Positions 50,887 through 64,000 of a stretch of DNA of 64,000 bases are shown here, piece after piece. The notes beneath the pieces are model-generated. The model made no database searches, had not been told where the DNA came from, and saw nothing but the letters and a program-made list of their open reading frames with translations. The stretch's first letter is position 1; each line of letters starts with the position of its first letter. This DNA is from the human T2T-CHM13v2.0 reference genome, Homo sapiens: the NCBI RefSeq assembly GCF_009914755.1, contig NC_060927.1. One strand, 5' to 3'. Made by a program: the position numbers and the translations under genes.

Positions 50887-51429
50887 TACTCATTTACAAT
50901 ACCAGTATGTTCCAGCTCTGGGGAGTATAATATCAAAAGGCCTGGCAGAAAACTTCCTCTCTTCCTTATAATGCTTGCTCTCCCCATAACATTAAAAATC
51001 TTTGGTTGTTTGTAGGGCCCAGGGTAAAAAAGCTTTATTTATTATTTTCACTGTTACCTCTTTCCTTTTCGGAGACACAGAGAGAATGAAAATAAAAAGG
51101 CTTTTCCATGCTTACATGAACATTTCCATTTCTGTTGACTAAGAATAAACAGGGACTATTTGGTTGTTTTGGCTAATTGCAATGTAACTACTTACACACT
51201 CCTCTTTTGTCATCTGTAATCTTGCACTAACCTTGAAACTACTCTTCCTTCCTTTATTGCTCTCCAATCTTGTCTACTTCTAACATGTTATTACTGAATG
51301 TTCTTTTCTAAAATATACATGTGATCATATCACTCTTAAAAAACTTTAAAGATTAAAAAATATATTTTATAGGACTAATTCAAACTCTTTGCTTTAGATC
51401 ATGAGATCTTTCATGATTTACAGCTAAGA

Positions 51430-51600
51430 CTGGTAATGAACTATTACTATGTGTCTCTTTATGTGTGAGTCAATATGATAGGACATTTCAATGAACCCCA
51501 TTTAACCTTCACAAGAATCCTGTGAAGTCAGTAGTTTTATCTCCATTTTTTACAATAAAAAAGCTGAGCTTAGAGAGATTAAATAATTTCCCCCCAAATA
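51430..51600 (-). mobile_element. MIR
   Basis: atctccattttttacaataaaaaagctgagcttagagagattaaataatttccc core motif. Confidence 0.7.
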
Positions 51601-52698
51601 ATGAATAGCATATTCTTATCTGCCACTGATCTCTCCTAAGCAGCCACATGCACCTAAAGCACTGAAGTCTTCATCGATGTCGGGATTGAACTGTATTTTC
51701 CTCATGCCTCTCTAACTTTCCTTATGCTGGATCTGCTGCCTGGAGTGAGAAGAAATCTTGTTCACTGGTCAATCTTAAAGAAAGCTTCAAGGTCCAGAAA
51801 CCTGCCCTTTACTCTTGTTTAACCATTTTGTCTCCTGGAGAGATGGTTAGACGCACCCACCCTTGTGAGCCAGTAACCCTGGGTGGATATGTCAAATCAC
51901 TAGAGGGTGAATCCCAGGTATGAAAAGTGTCCTGCCCTCACTCATCACCCAGGGACTGCTGATATCACCAAAAAACTTTTCAAGAAATTGAGGAAGAATA
52001 GAATATAGAGGAATTTTAAGTTACTGTAGTATTCCCATTATAGACGATCTAATGCCCATTGATTTTTCCTTCCTTTTTTATTAAAAAATCTTTTTGATAT
52101 ATTGAGACCAATGTGCTTACACAAAAGGAGTTAGTGCCCACATATTCAAATGTCCAATAGAGAGATTTCTCTTATATTATAGGTGTATTGTATTTTTTAA
52201 TTGAAAGTGTTTATTGTGGTAAAATACACATAAAACTTATCTGAATTTTAAGTGTGCAGTTCAGTGGTGTTAAATATATTCACATTGTTGTGCAACTAAT
52301 TTCCAGAACTTTTTCATCTTGCAAAACTGAATATACCCACTAAACAACAACCCACTATACCCACTAAACAACTCTCCATTCTTTCCTCCCCCTAGGCCCT
52401 GCCAACCATCATTCTTCTTTCTAGTTCTATGAGTCTGATGATTCTAGATACATTATACAAACAGAATCATACTTCAACATTCTCAACATGTATTCATGTT
52501 GTAGCATTTCCTTCCTTTTCAAGGCTGAATAATATTTGTGTGTGTGTGTGTGTGTGTGTGTGTACCACATTTTGTTTATCCATTCATCCCAATAGACACT
52601 TGGGTTGTTTCTTCCTTTTAGCTCTTGTGAACAATGTTGCTATGAACATGAGTGTACCAATATCTTTTCATGTCTATGCTTTCAATTCTTTTGAATAT

Positions 52699-53461
<763 letters not shown>

Positions 53462-54074
53462 TAATTTTTGAGAAATTATCTTAATGTTTTCCACAGTGGC
53501 AGCACCATTTTTACATTAGTACCAACAGTACACAAAGGTTCCATTTCCTCTACATCCTTTCCAACACTTGTTTTATTTATTTATTTATTTATTTATTTTT
53601 GATAGTAACCTTCCTAATGAATGTGCTAGAAGTGGTTTTGAGTCAAGAGAAACTCTGCCTAAAATATCAGATAGGTTTTTTTGTGTTTTGGACCTCTCTG
53701 CCTCAAGGGTTAAATATAATACAAGAGAGGCATTTATTACCCTTTGCTATTTTAATAAAAACATCAATGTTCATAGAGAAAGCACAGTTGATTAGAAAAA
53801 ATAAGCTCAGATCTTTGTCCAAGTCAGCAATGCTTACTTGAAACCAGGAGGTTCCACCACAAAACCACAACCTATGAACTACCTTCCTCCTAAAGGCACC
53901 TTCCCTTAGGTGCAGTCACAGTATCTAAGAGGAACTAAGAAGGTGTTAGGGTGTTAACCTTAGAGATCTGACTTTATAAAGTATTAGCAATTGTCAAACT
54001 CCCCAACTACACTAAGAGTTTCTGGAGGACAGGGGTTGTTCCTGTAAATCTCTCCTGGCATTGTGCAGGGTTCA

Positions 54075-54700
54075 GAGAAACACATTCAATAAATACATGT
54101 TTGGTGCCTGCTATGTACAAGTCACTCATCCTGGGAGTCACTGGGGATATGGCAGTGAACAAAATAAACAAAAATCTCTGTTCTTAAGGACCTTAGAGTA
54201 TAGTGGTAGAGACCTATTATAAATACAAGGTGTATATGAAATAGCTGATGAATACTATGAAAAAAAGCAGAAAAGAAGAGTAGTAAGTGGCAGGAGAGGG
54301 ATGGTTGCAATTTCAAAAAGATTTAAGGAAGGCTCACTGAGATGTGGCATTTGGCCAAAGACCCAAAGGAAGCAAGGGAGTGAGGCACACTGATGGCTTC
54401 TAGGGCAAAAGTGTTCTTGGTTGAGAGAACAGCAGTGCCAAAATCCTGAGGTGGGAGTGTGTCTGATGCATTGGAGAACAGAAAGAAGACAAGTGTGTTC
54501 AGTATAGAGTGGATGGGAGGGAGGAGAAAAGGTCAGGTACCTAACAGGGAGTCAGACTGCACAGGGTCTTTCAGCCATTGAAAGACCTTTGGTTTGGGAA
54601 GCCTTTAGGGAGGGGAGAGGGTAGAACAAAAGAAAGGCAGGATCTGGCCTACATTTATATGGGTCACTCTGGCCACTGTGTTGAGCATAGAGTTTGGGGG
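54075..54700 (-). mobile_element. L2a-like 3' end
   Basis: cattcaataaatacatgtttggtgcctgctatgtac...gggatatggcagtgaacaaaa. Confidence 0.75.
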
Positions 54701-54993
54701 CAAAGTTCTGAAGGAAATCCTAAAAAGATATTTATTTGTTAATGGGAGTGGAGTTCATGATGTTTGGAGTTGAGAGTTGTATGAAGGGTGGGCAGGGTTG
54801 ACAGCCTGCACAATATGGACTACACAGATTCCAAAGATGCCATGCCCATGGGCAAGCTGTTCATGGGTAACTCTGGTAATAAGGCCATGCTCTAGAAAGA
54901 GTACAACATGATGTCTGGTATGGGCTTGGGACCTGTGGGGCGGTACCTGCTGTCTGCTTTGGGGTTGAGGCAGTCAGTCCCTCAGAGGTCCTG

Positions 54994-55421
54994 TGCTACA
55001 GTTCGGATATTTGGCCCTCCAAGCTGCAGGTTGAAATCTGATCCCCAGTGTTGGAAGTGGGGCCTAATGAGACATGTTTGGGTCATGGAGGTGGATCCCT
55101 TACGAATGGTTTGGTGCTGTCCTCTCCGTAATGAGTGAGTTCCCTTCTCACTCTAGTAGTTCTCTGGAGAGCTGATTATTAAAAAGAGTCTGGCACCTCC
55201 TCTTCTCTCTCTCTTGCTTCCTCTTACCATGTATTCTGCCTGTGCCAGCTCCCTTTCCCTTTCTGCCATGAGTAGAGGCAGCTTGAGGCCCTCACCAGGT
55301 GCAGACGCTGGCTCCATGCTTCTTGTACAGTTTACAGAATTGTGAGCCAAGTAAACCGGTTTTCTTTATAAATTATCCAGCCTCAGGTATTCCTCTATAG
55401 CAAAACAAATGGACTAAGACC
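54994..55421 (+). mobile_element. MSTB-like solo LTR
   Basis: tgctacagttcggatatttgg...gttgaaatctgatccccagtgttggaagtggggcc...ggactaagac. Confidence 0.85.
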
Positions 55422-55980
55422 CCCCTGTGATTGGAGCAACTTGTTGAGGCTAGCTAGTAAAGGGGACAACTGCCCACGGAGGAGTTCTTTCTTCCTGAGT
55501 GAATGGGTCAGACTCGTTTTTAAAAAATTTCTGTGGTGCTCAGGTCTGAGGGAATTTGAGCAAAATGTCATGGGCAGCAGACCACAGCTGGGTGGTTCCC
55601 ACTAGAGAAATTCTACTTTATTCCTTCATTAGTACTAATGAAACTCACTCTGTGAAAGGAAATCACATGACGAGACCACAGCTGTTTCACCGAAAGTGCC
55701 ACTAACTTGAGCTGTAAAGCTGTTCATAACCTTTAACCTGGAGCTGAGGCTTCAATAAAATAAGCCCCAAATAAACAACCAAAGAAGTAATTGCACAGAC
55801 ATGTTTCAAATTTAACACTGAGAATTTATAACCTAAAATGATCCAAGTGTTCAAGAAGAAAGTAATAGCTAAACAAATCACAAAAAAATATATATATAAA
55901 ATAAGAAGATGGAATGCCACAGAGACATTAGAAATAAAATCTCTGGGGGTTCTTTTGGTGAAATGAAAAGTACCTAAGAG

Positions 55981-56277
55981 GGCCGGGCACGGTGACTCAC
56001 GCCTGTAATCCCAGCACTTTGGGAGGCCGAGGCGAGTGGATCATGAGGTCAAGAGATCGAGACCATCCTGGCCAACACGGTGAAACCCGTCTCTACTAAA
56101 AATACAAAAATTAGCTGGACGTGGTGGCACATGCCTGTAGTCCCAGCTACTCAGGAGGCTGAGGCAGGAGAATCGCTTGAACTGGGAGGCGTAGGTTGCA
56201 GTGAGCGGAGATCACGCCACTGCACTCCACCCTGGTAACAGAGCCAGACTTCATCTCAAAAAAAAAAAAAAAAAAAA
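55981..56277 (+). mobile_element. AluSc-like element
   Basis: ggtcaagagatcgagaccatcctggccaac motif, 20-nt A tail, degenerate TSD aaaagtac. Confidence 0.95.
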
Positions 56278-57329
56278 GTACATGAGATTATTTAGGTGAA
56301 TAATGTAAAACAAAAAATTGAATGTTTGTATAATTATACCTATTATCTCAAATATGTGTACTCACTGGCAGATGGATTTAGAGAAATAGAAAGAGTTTAT
56401 AAATGAATTTGGAGAAATAAAAATTGAGCTTAAACTCACGGGTTGTTTTATGTAAAGTGATTAGATTGTAAACATAAATATAAAAAATAAAGTCTTCAGA
56501 GGAGATGGGGGAGGTAGGCAGCTTCAGTGCAGAATAACGCTGCTGACTCTCCGTCCTTATACACTACTTAGACTGTTAGTACTCTTCAGTAAAGTGTATT
56601 TATCTTTATTACTTTTCAAATAGAACAAGTTTACCTTTTATTATGAAAATAATGTATTATTATTATTATTATTTTAATTCAAAGAGTACAGGAACACTTA
56701 AAAGAGAAAGTACAACTAACCATGAATCTTACCATCTATGGTGATTCATATTTTAAATATCAGAAAAAAGGCACCTATGCCTCATCTTCCTCATTAATAT
56801 GGCCTATTCACTATGTGCTGAGAAGACTAAGGAAGAAGCAGATAAGGCGAGAGCCCTTGATTATTAGCCTTGAAAGCCCACCAGAATAGGAGGGAATATT
56901 CCCAGGTTGCTGTGTACTTGGTCACTGATGACTCATCTCTGTCCCAAAGGCCATGTGCAGCTCTGTCAGCTCTATGAACAGCCCTACCACTGGATTTCAG
57001 AATGAAAGATTAGAAAGCCACCTTTGTGTGCCTTCTTTGTAAGCAAACTTATATATTTACATTGTGGAAAAGTGGTGCCAAGTTTAATGAGTTAAATTCC
57101 TCTGTTTAGTAAAGATAGTGACATATAAGAATATACTTTTTTTCCTCCAAGGGGCTCAATGAATGTGTAAAGTAAGTTTTTTGGGGGGCAGGGGATAATA
57201 TTTAAAATATAGACCATCACAGCTGGTAGAATTTTACTTTCTCCTTTAAATATTACTGTACTTTTTGATTTTTTAAAAATGAGTGCATTATTTTTACAAT
57301 GAAAGGTAAATTTGTCCTGTTTGAAAAAA

Positions 57330-58590
57330 ATGCACCGAGTCAATATTTTTATTTTTCCTAAATTGACCCTTATAAATATTAATAGATCAGATCACATAAA
57401 ATTAAAAATCTCTGTGACAACCTTCCCCAACCCAATAAACAATGTTTAAAGATTGATGACAAACTGGGACTATCAATTATTATTTAAAATACATAAAATA
57501 ATTTATAAATCACAAAGAATATAATGAAAAAAGGTCCAGAGATATTAATAGACACAAAAATTTGAATTGGCCATAGACATGAAAAAAAGCAAAACTTATT
57601 TGTGGTTACATAAATGCAAATTAAAAGCAATTAGCTACTAGTTTTTATCTTTTAGAGTGGGAAATATTAATTACTCTTAGTCATTGTTGGCTATAAAGAC
57701 TATAGGCGTTCTCATACATGTTTGTGAGAATTTCAATTGGTGCAACTTATTTAAAGGAAATATCTATTTAAGTTTTAAATGGGAATATCCTTTGACCCTC
57801 ATATTGTACTTCTAAGGTATTTCCAACAATGTAACTGTAAAATTTTACACAGGTTTTATGATTAGATGGCTTATGGTAGAATTGCTTTATTACATGGCCA
57901 TTGAACATGGCATTGGGAGTTAGAAAATTGAATGCCTCTGGGGTCCAGATTTAAGGAAGACTAGAAAGTGGTGGGGCATTATGAGAACTTGAAGCCCACA
58001 GGCTGTGCTATCTCAGCTCAGTGTATTGCCCTACACCCTTCAGTTTTCAAGATAAGGCCTTTTACATAATCTTTCCACATTTAAAAATGTGGGCCCTTTA
58101 GTCTAAACTTTTAAAATACCATCTAGACCACCACAGTATCTAGATTTTGGCCAACTTTTTCAATCCTTGGTGTATATCTATCTTCTCATATATTTTTACT
58201 TCTAAAATGTGTGCAAAAATGGGCACAGAAGGGTGAAAATAACATATATATATAATGTTTAAAAAATAATAAAAGAAATTCCAGTCATGTTACTACTACT
58301 CACCTTGACAAATAGAACATTAACCAAACTTTTGTGTCTTACTACAATTATATTTGATTTGTTTCTCTTAAGAGGTAATCACTCCCTTTAATTTTGCTTT
58401 TATGTCTTGTTTTTCTTTATATTGTTAGCAATGATATCTCTACATTGGATTTTGCTTAGTTTTTACTGGTATTAAACTTGTAAAAAGAAATCAGGCTGTA
58501 ATGTATTCTGAGACTTTTTGAGATTCATCCATGTTTTTGTCTAAATAGTTTATACTTTTAGATTTAGTATAATGTGCTAAAGTTTAATAT
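57330..58590. mobile_element. Decayed L1ME fragments (+ ~57330-57880, - ~58190-58590)
   Basis: aaatgcaaattaaaagcaa and tttttgagattcatccatgt motifs. Confidence 0.5.
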
Positions 58591-60289
58591 GCATGCCATA
58601 TTAAATTATTTTAGAGCATTAAGAAAAAGGGTGTTTGTGGGGGCGCTGTCAGCCCAGCTGGTTTTCTGTCCCCTATACTGCTTTTGCCATGGTAGGGTCA
58701 CTGGGCTAAGGTGAGGGCACAGGCCCTGTGCTGCGAGCCCTTCAGAAGCATGTTGGTGATTGGTCCTGGGATGAGTGGCATCCTTTCTGATGATCGGGCT
58801 ATGAGGTACTGCTACTGTCTCTTCAGAGACCCCCATAATGCTGCTTGCCTGCCACCAAGGCCACCCATCCCTCCTTAACCCCAAACTCTGGGTTCTCTTC
58901 CCTGCAGCAGGGACACTGGGGCTTCCCTCCTGTTCCACTTAACTCCTTCATGTTTGGCCACAGCAGGAGATGTGACAATAGCGCAGGGAATTTCACTTCT
59001 AAATTCCTATCACATCAAATCTAAATCCAAAAACGAGTACCCCAACCCAGACTGATTGAGTGGTCAGTCTCCATCTGCAGGAACATGTGGGTGCCTCATT
59101 GGAGGGGACTCAGAAGGCAGGCCCTCCTCCTGGGCTGTCTTTTTTCCCTCCACCCCTCAGATACCCCTTATCCCAGAGTATCAGTACCTCTGGCCCTGTC
59201 CAGGGGTGTCAAATAGGGCACACTTGACTCCGCTGGATGGAGCCAGAGGGACTGAGCAAGTGAAGGGTATCATCATCCACTGGCTAGAAAAATCATGTAC
59301 AAAGATAAAACAGCAATGACTTGCAGACCAGGTCTGCACTGTCCATCCCGGATCACCAAGCTTCGTCCTGGATGCTTTCCTGTCTTTCCAAGCCCTGACG
59401 TCTAATCTATCTCCAAGTCATGTTTGTTCTTCCTTCAATATTGGCTTGGAACTATTCCCTTCCCTCTTCCTTGCCTCCATCATCTCATTCAGATACCATC
59501 TCAGGCTGAGAATACCTTTGTTTCTTCCACATATAACCATGGGGCCACGACTGCACAGTGGGGACACCTGAAACACAGAGGTGAGCAAACCTGGCAGGCC
59601 TTCTCCCTCTCAGTGCTGGATTTTACTGCAGCAGCCTCCTGCCTGGACTGGGGCCTCTACGCCCACACCACCGTCTCCCTGCCTTTGCCAGAAGGCTCTG
59701 ACAGTGCCTCCCTGCCTGGACCTTTCACGGCCGCTGGGATGAAGCCTGGGCACCATAGACCGCCCATCCTCCATGTCCCCCACCTTCCTAGCCCCGGCCT
59801 ACAAGCAGCCTTGCTCACCTCACTTGCCACCTGTCCCTTCCAGTGTGCCTATGTGCCTTGGTCCCTGCTGTTCTCTCTGCATGGCACTCTTCCACTCAGG
59901 TTTCAGCTGAAATGGCACCTCCTCAGAGATGCCTCCCTTTTTGCACCATGTCCTCTACCCTGCCTTGTCCTTATTTCTGGCCACACTGCTTGCCTGCCCC
60001 ACCCTCCTACCCTCACCAAACACACCACCAGTGGTTCTGAGTTGCCTCCAGCCTGGATGTTCCTCCTCTGCATCCAACTGCCCTGGGCATGGAGACACCC
60101 ATCCATGTTTTAAAGATTCATCCTTATTGATATGGATACCTGTAAATACTTCATTGTTTGAGCATACCATGCACTATTTATTCATACAGAGACCTGTGCT
60201 TTCTGACACAAAAAATGGCAAAGGAGACAACAAAGCAACATATGTAGAATTATTCCTCTTTCGTAAAAAGTGGATGTATATGCATACTT

Positions 60290-60400
60290 TTGTTTTGAGA
60301 CAGGGATCTTTCTATGATGCCCAGGCTGGATTCAAACTCTTGGGCTCAAGCAATCCCCCTGTCTCAGCCTTCTCAGTAGTTGGAACTGCATCCAGGTGCT
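60290..60400 (-). mobile_element. FLAM-like Alu monomer
   Basis: gagacagggatc...gcccaggctggattcaaactcttgggctcaagcaatcc. Confidence 0.75.
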
Positions 60401-62359
60401 GCCTAACATACATGTTTTATATACATACCTACACACCCGCTTTGGAAGGCTGTGACACTGCAGATCTCCTGCTCCGCAATAGTGTGATTAAACCTAATCT
60501 GAAATCAAATATCTTGGCCTTGAAAGAGTCAGATGCTTTCTCAAAACATTTGCTAACTCTTGGGATTAATTTCCTTTTGCTCCTCCCTGCCTTCATATTT
60601 CTACCTTTTGATGTGCTACCTCACTCATGTTCAATGCCAAGAAATTCAAAATGCGCATCAATTCTTGTACCCAAACATTTCATGAATTTAGTAATTTTAT
60701 TAAAGTGACCCGAGAGACTCATGGGGAAAAGGTCCCATTTTCAAACACACCCCCTCTACCACCGTTACTGGCTTCACACCCATCCTATTCTTAAAAACTT
60801 CACTCATTACTCTGGGCAACAGAAAATTTATTTTCACTGCCCCACACAGAATAAGTCTGCTCGGTTCAGGATCTCTCAGTGTTTTATCTTTTACCTTAAG
60901 ATTTATCAAATATTTTACTTCCTCATGTATAATACTTTAGAGAAATTTTGATAGATAAAAGTATCTACCCTTTTTACACAACACAATGAATGATGGGACT
61001 ATAGGTGATTAAAAAAATCTTTATTATACATTTCTGTAATGGAACAATAAAAAACGTGTTTCACATTTATAATTGTAATCTCTCACAACTTCTGTTTGTG
61101 AAAAAAATTTATAATTAGAAAAGATAACACATATATATTTTAGAAAAAATGCTATGAAGGGGGTTTAAAAGAGGCCTAGAAATTGATGTCAGTGGCTTTC
61201 AAGCTGTTTTGAACATCATCCTCAATAAGAAATATATATATATAACTACCTAGTAAATTCAACCAAATGAAAGTTTCACGAAAGAGAATTCATTCTTATT
61301 ATGTGACATCGTGACCCATGAAATCAATTTCACAGTCTACTAATGGATCTTTACCTGTATTCTGAAAACACGGGTCTATTGGTTTCACTTGTCAACCTGA
61401 TCCTGAAAACTAAGAATAAATTAGTCCAACCATTTATTTCTTATTATTCATATAATAAAAATAAATGTATTTTTTATTCTCTTCTTTGGTTATTGTGATC
61501 TCATAGAGACACAACCTCATGAAGAAATGATGTCTAAGTGTCCCCCTGTACTCTTTTTTTTTGTTAGCAAGTAGTATTTTTAAGATGTTTTGTTCTGATT
61601 TCATCTGTGTGAAGTCACAATAACAGTGTCATTTAAGTTTTTTAGTTTCTGGGAGAGGCTTTTGTGTTTGGAAAGGACTATTTATCTGTGGTTACCTGGG
61701 TCTTAAGTTAGTATTTATTTTATTAAAGTTGCCATTTACAAAACATTTTTCTTAAGCTATTAAGTTTAGCCTTCAAATTTGTATTCTATTTATAAATTAA
61801 ATAAATTTTCTATAAATAAAATAATTATTTCTACATGTTCTTTGATTACAGATTAATTATATACTTGACCCCATTAAAATGTCAGTAAGTTGAATTCCTT
61901 TAAACATTAAAAAAGATACGTATAGAACATAAGTACCTTGATTTTCTCAAACACTTCAAATGTCTCTCATGGTATCATCTTTCTGAGTTCTTAAGCAACT
62001 GTTGTATATCTGATAAAAAGATTCATAACTCAAGGAAATCAGGTTCTCAACTTTCAAATGCATTCAGAAACAAATCAAATGATTTTATACTTTTAAAATT
62101 AAAACATCAAATCAGATATCAATCATACATTTCAAATTGAAATAAAAAGGAATCCTAGAATAGACTGCAATGCAAATTCAAGACTGGGTCACAGAATGAT
62201 TCTTTAGTAATCACAGGTGAACAGGCTGAGTTGAATCAGGCAGTATCTGCTGTATCAATACCTTAAACTTTTTAACTGGCATTTGGTTTTGTAACCAATT
62301 ACATTATGTGTGGCCTGTGTCTATCTCAAGTTTCTTTTTCATCTCCAAACTTTCATTGT

Positions 62360-63100
62360 AAATTCTTTCAATATTTTAACCTCCTTTTATTGGAAAATTT
62401 TAAACAAATACAAGAGGAGACAGAAAGGCATAATGAGCAGAATAGACTCATTAACTAGATTTTATAATTATTACTTCATAACCAATATTTTTAAAAACTG
62501 TACTTCCACCCATTTCCTTCTACCCTGTTTAATATTAAGAAGCAAATCCCAGACACTATGTCATTTTACAGCCCACTTAGGTCATTCACATGTCTTTAGA
62601 AGGAGGTAAGGCCTTAAAACTAAAAAGACTCACAATGCCGTTATCTCATCTAAGATTAATAACAATTTTTTTAATATCATGGACTATTTAGACAGGGTTC
62701 AGGTTTCAAATTGTCTTACATGAATCATTATTATTTCTTAGTTTGTCTAAGTCTGTATTTAAAGAAGATTTTTGTGATTGGTTGATATTCTTCTTAAGTC
62801 TCTTAACCTGTCAGTTTGCTTCTTAATTTCTTATTTTTTTCCTTGACATTTATTTGTTGAAGAAAGTGGGTCACTTGTTCTATAGAGTTTCCCAGTGTAG
62901 ACTGTGCTGAATTGATCTCCATGGTGACATGATGTCATTTAATATATTTTTCTATAAATTGATTGTTTAATCCAGAGGCAAACTCAAATGTGATGTGTGT
63001 GAGTGTGTGTGTGCGTGTGTGTATGTGTTTGAGTGAGATTACAGCAAGCAAGACAAATTCCTTAGTGGAGTACCCCATCAAAAGTAATATCTGGTTGTCT
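62360..63100 (-). mobile_element. Old L1M 3' fragment with (GT)n-rich tract near 62990-63035
   Basis: agcaaatcccagacactatgtcatttt and gggtcacttgttctatagagtttccc motifs. Confidence 0.55.
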
Positions 63101-64000
63101 CTTCAACCTTTTTGAAATCACTTTACTTGGGTAAATCAAATTGGGTACCCCCTGTCCAGGTTGCAGTTAATTTTTTTATTTTTTTTGCCGTGTGACTAGA
63201 GTTATTTGAATTCTGCTCTCCTCTTTCCTCTTTGTAACATTTTCCTTTCTGTGGGAGTAGCACTAATTGAATCCCTCTCCCCTGTTTTATATTTTATTTT
63301 ATGTCTCATGGGCCACAGTTACAGTATTGATGAAAATCTACCAAGTAAGTTGAGCTTCTTTCTGTGTCAGCAGAGATGAGCCTAGTGCTCCAAGTAATCG
63401 TTGTACAGGCCATATATCTGAAGCAGGGGGGTAAATCCTCTTGAAAATAGGTAAGTTTTAACCTAATATGTAGAAAAAGTGGATGACTTTTAGGGTTCTT
63501 GGGAACTCCAACTCTCCAAACAACCCCCTCCTTGACTTAAAATTCCAAAAAGAATTTCTTCACTTCTTTGACCTAGGCTTGAGTCTCTTTTATAATATAT
63601 TTAACTTATCAGTACTTTATTACATCTTAATGTGAATAAATCTTTCTGTTATTTCCTGGGATGTGACTTTGAAAGGGGAGGTTAGAGATCTTGCTAGGAG
63701 CTGGTCCTTATGGTGAAGGCTGAGAAGGAAAGTCCGATCTGGGCTTAAGGTATATACTCAGGAGTCACATGCTGGGGAGATTAAATTAAGTCTGGGGCAG
63801 GCCAAGAGGGGGAAGAAGGGAGGTGATGTGATGCTTTGGATTCACCTGGATCATGATCTAAAATTTTAGATTATTCTTGAACCCAACCAGTCTCTCCCAG
63901 GTTTATTATCTTTGGATCTTGAATGATAATTTTTTTTTGACTATCAACATAATACTCTACTCCGTTAGCAGTTAAGCAAAAACTCACCTGCCTTGGGTAA

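Noticed and set aside
59424-60708. Long ORFs of 229 and 259 aa
   Set aside because: Non-ATG or weak starts, no recognisable domain, and they run through L2-like and Alu-monomer sequence.
63371-63450. Exon-like segment between ttctgtgtcag and gtaagt
   Set aside because: Stops in all three frames; splice motifs alone cannot support a non-coding exon.

Overview
Human, AT-rich, repeat-dominated non-coding DNA. I see no convincing host protein-coding exon or RNA gene. Nearly all long ORFs are LINE-1 ORF1/ORF2/ORF0 remnants or THE1 internal sequence. Two independently inserted, full-length, inactivated primate L1s (L1PA4-like 3104-9270, L1PA5-like 34833-41952) lie in direct orientation about 31.7 kb apart, each with its own TSD. 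The second is interrupted by an antisense, 5'-inverted, human-specific pre-Ta L1HS (39445-40414). Older ERVL/MLT2, MaLR (MLT1, MST, THE1), MER57, L1M, L2, MIR, Alu and DNA-transposon fossils fill most of the rest. The best signals concern L1-L1 sequence exchange: (1) near-identical patches with shared non-consensus variants in two otherwise diverged L1s, suggesting ectopic gene conversion; (2) an L1HS whose inverted segment copies the L1 region just upstream of its own target site, suggesting homology-guided twin priming; (3) an old inverted L1 with a duplicated 3' end and a THE1 provirus with discordant LTRs at its inversion junction. I found no new gene-encoded system. Repeat subfamily calls come from remembered consensus motifs, not a database search.
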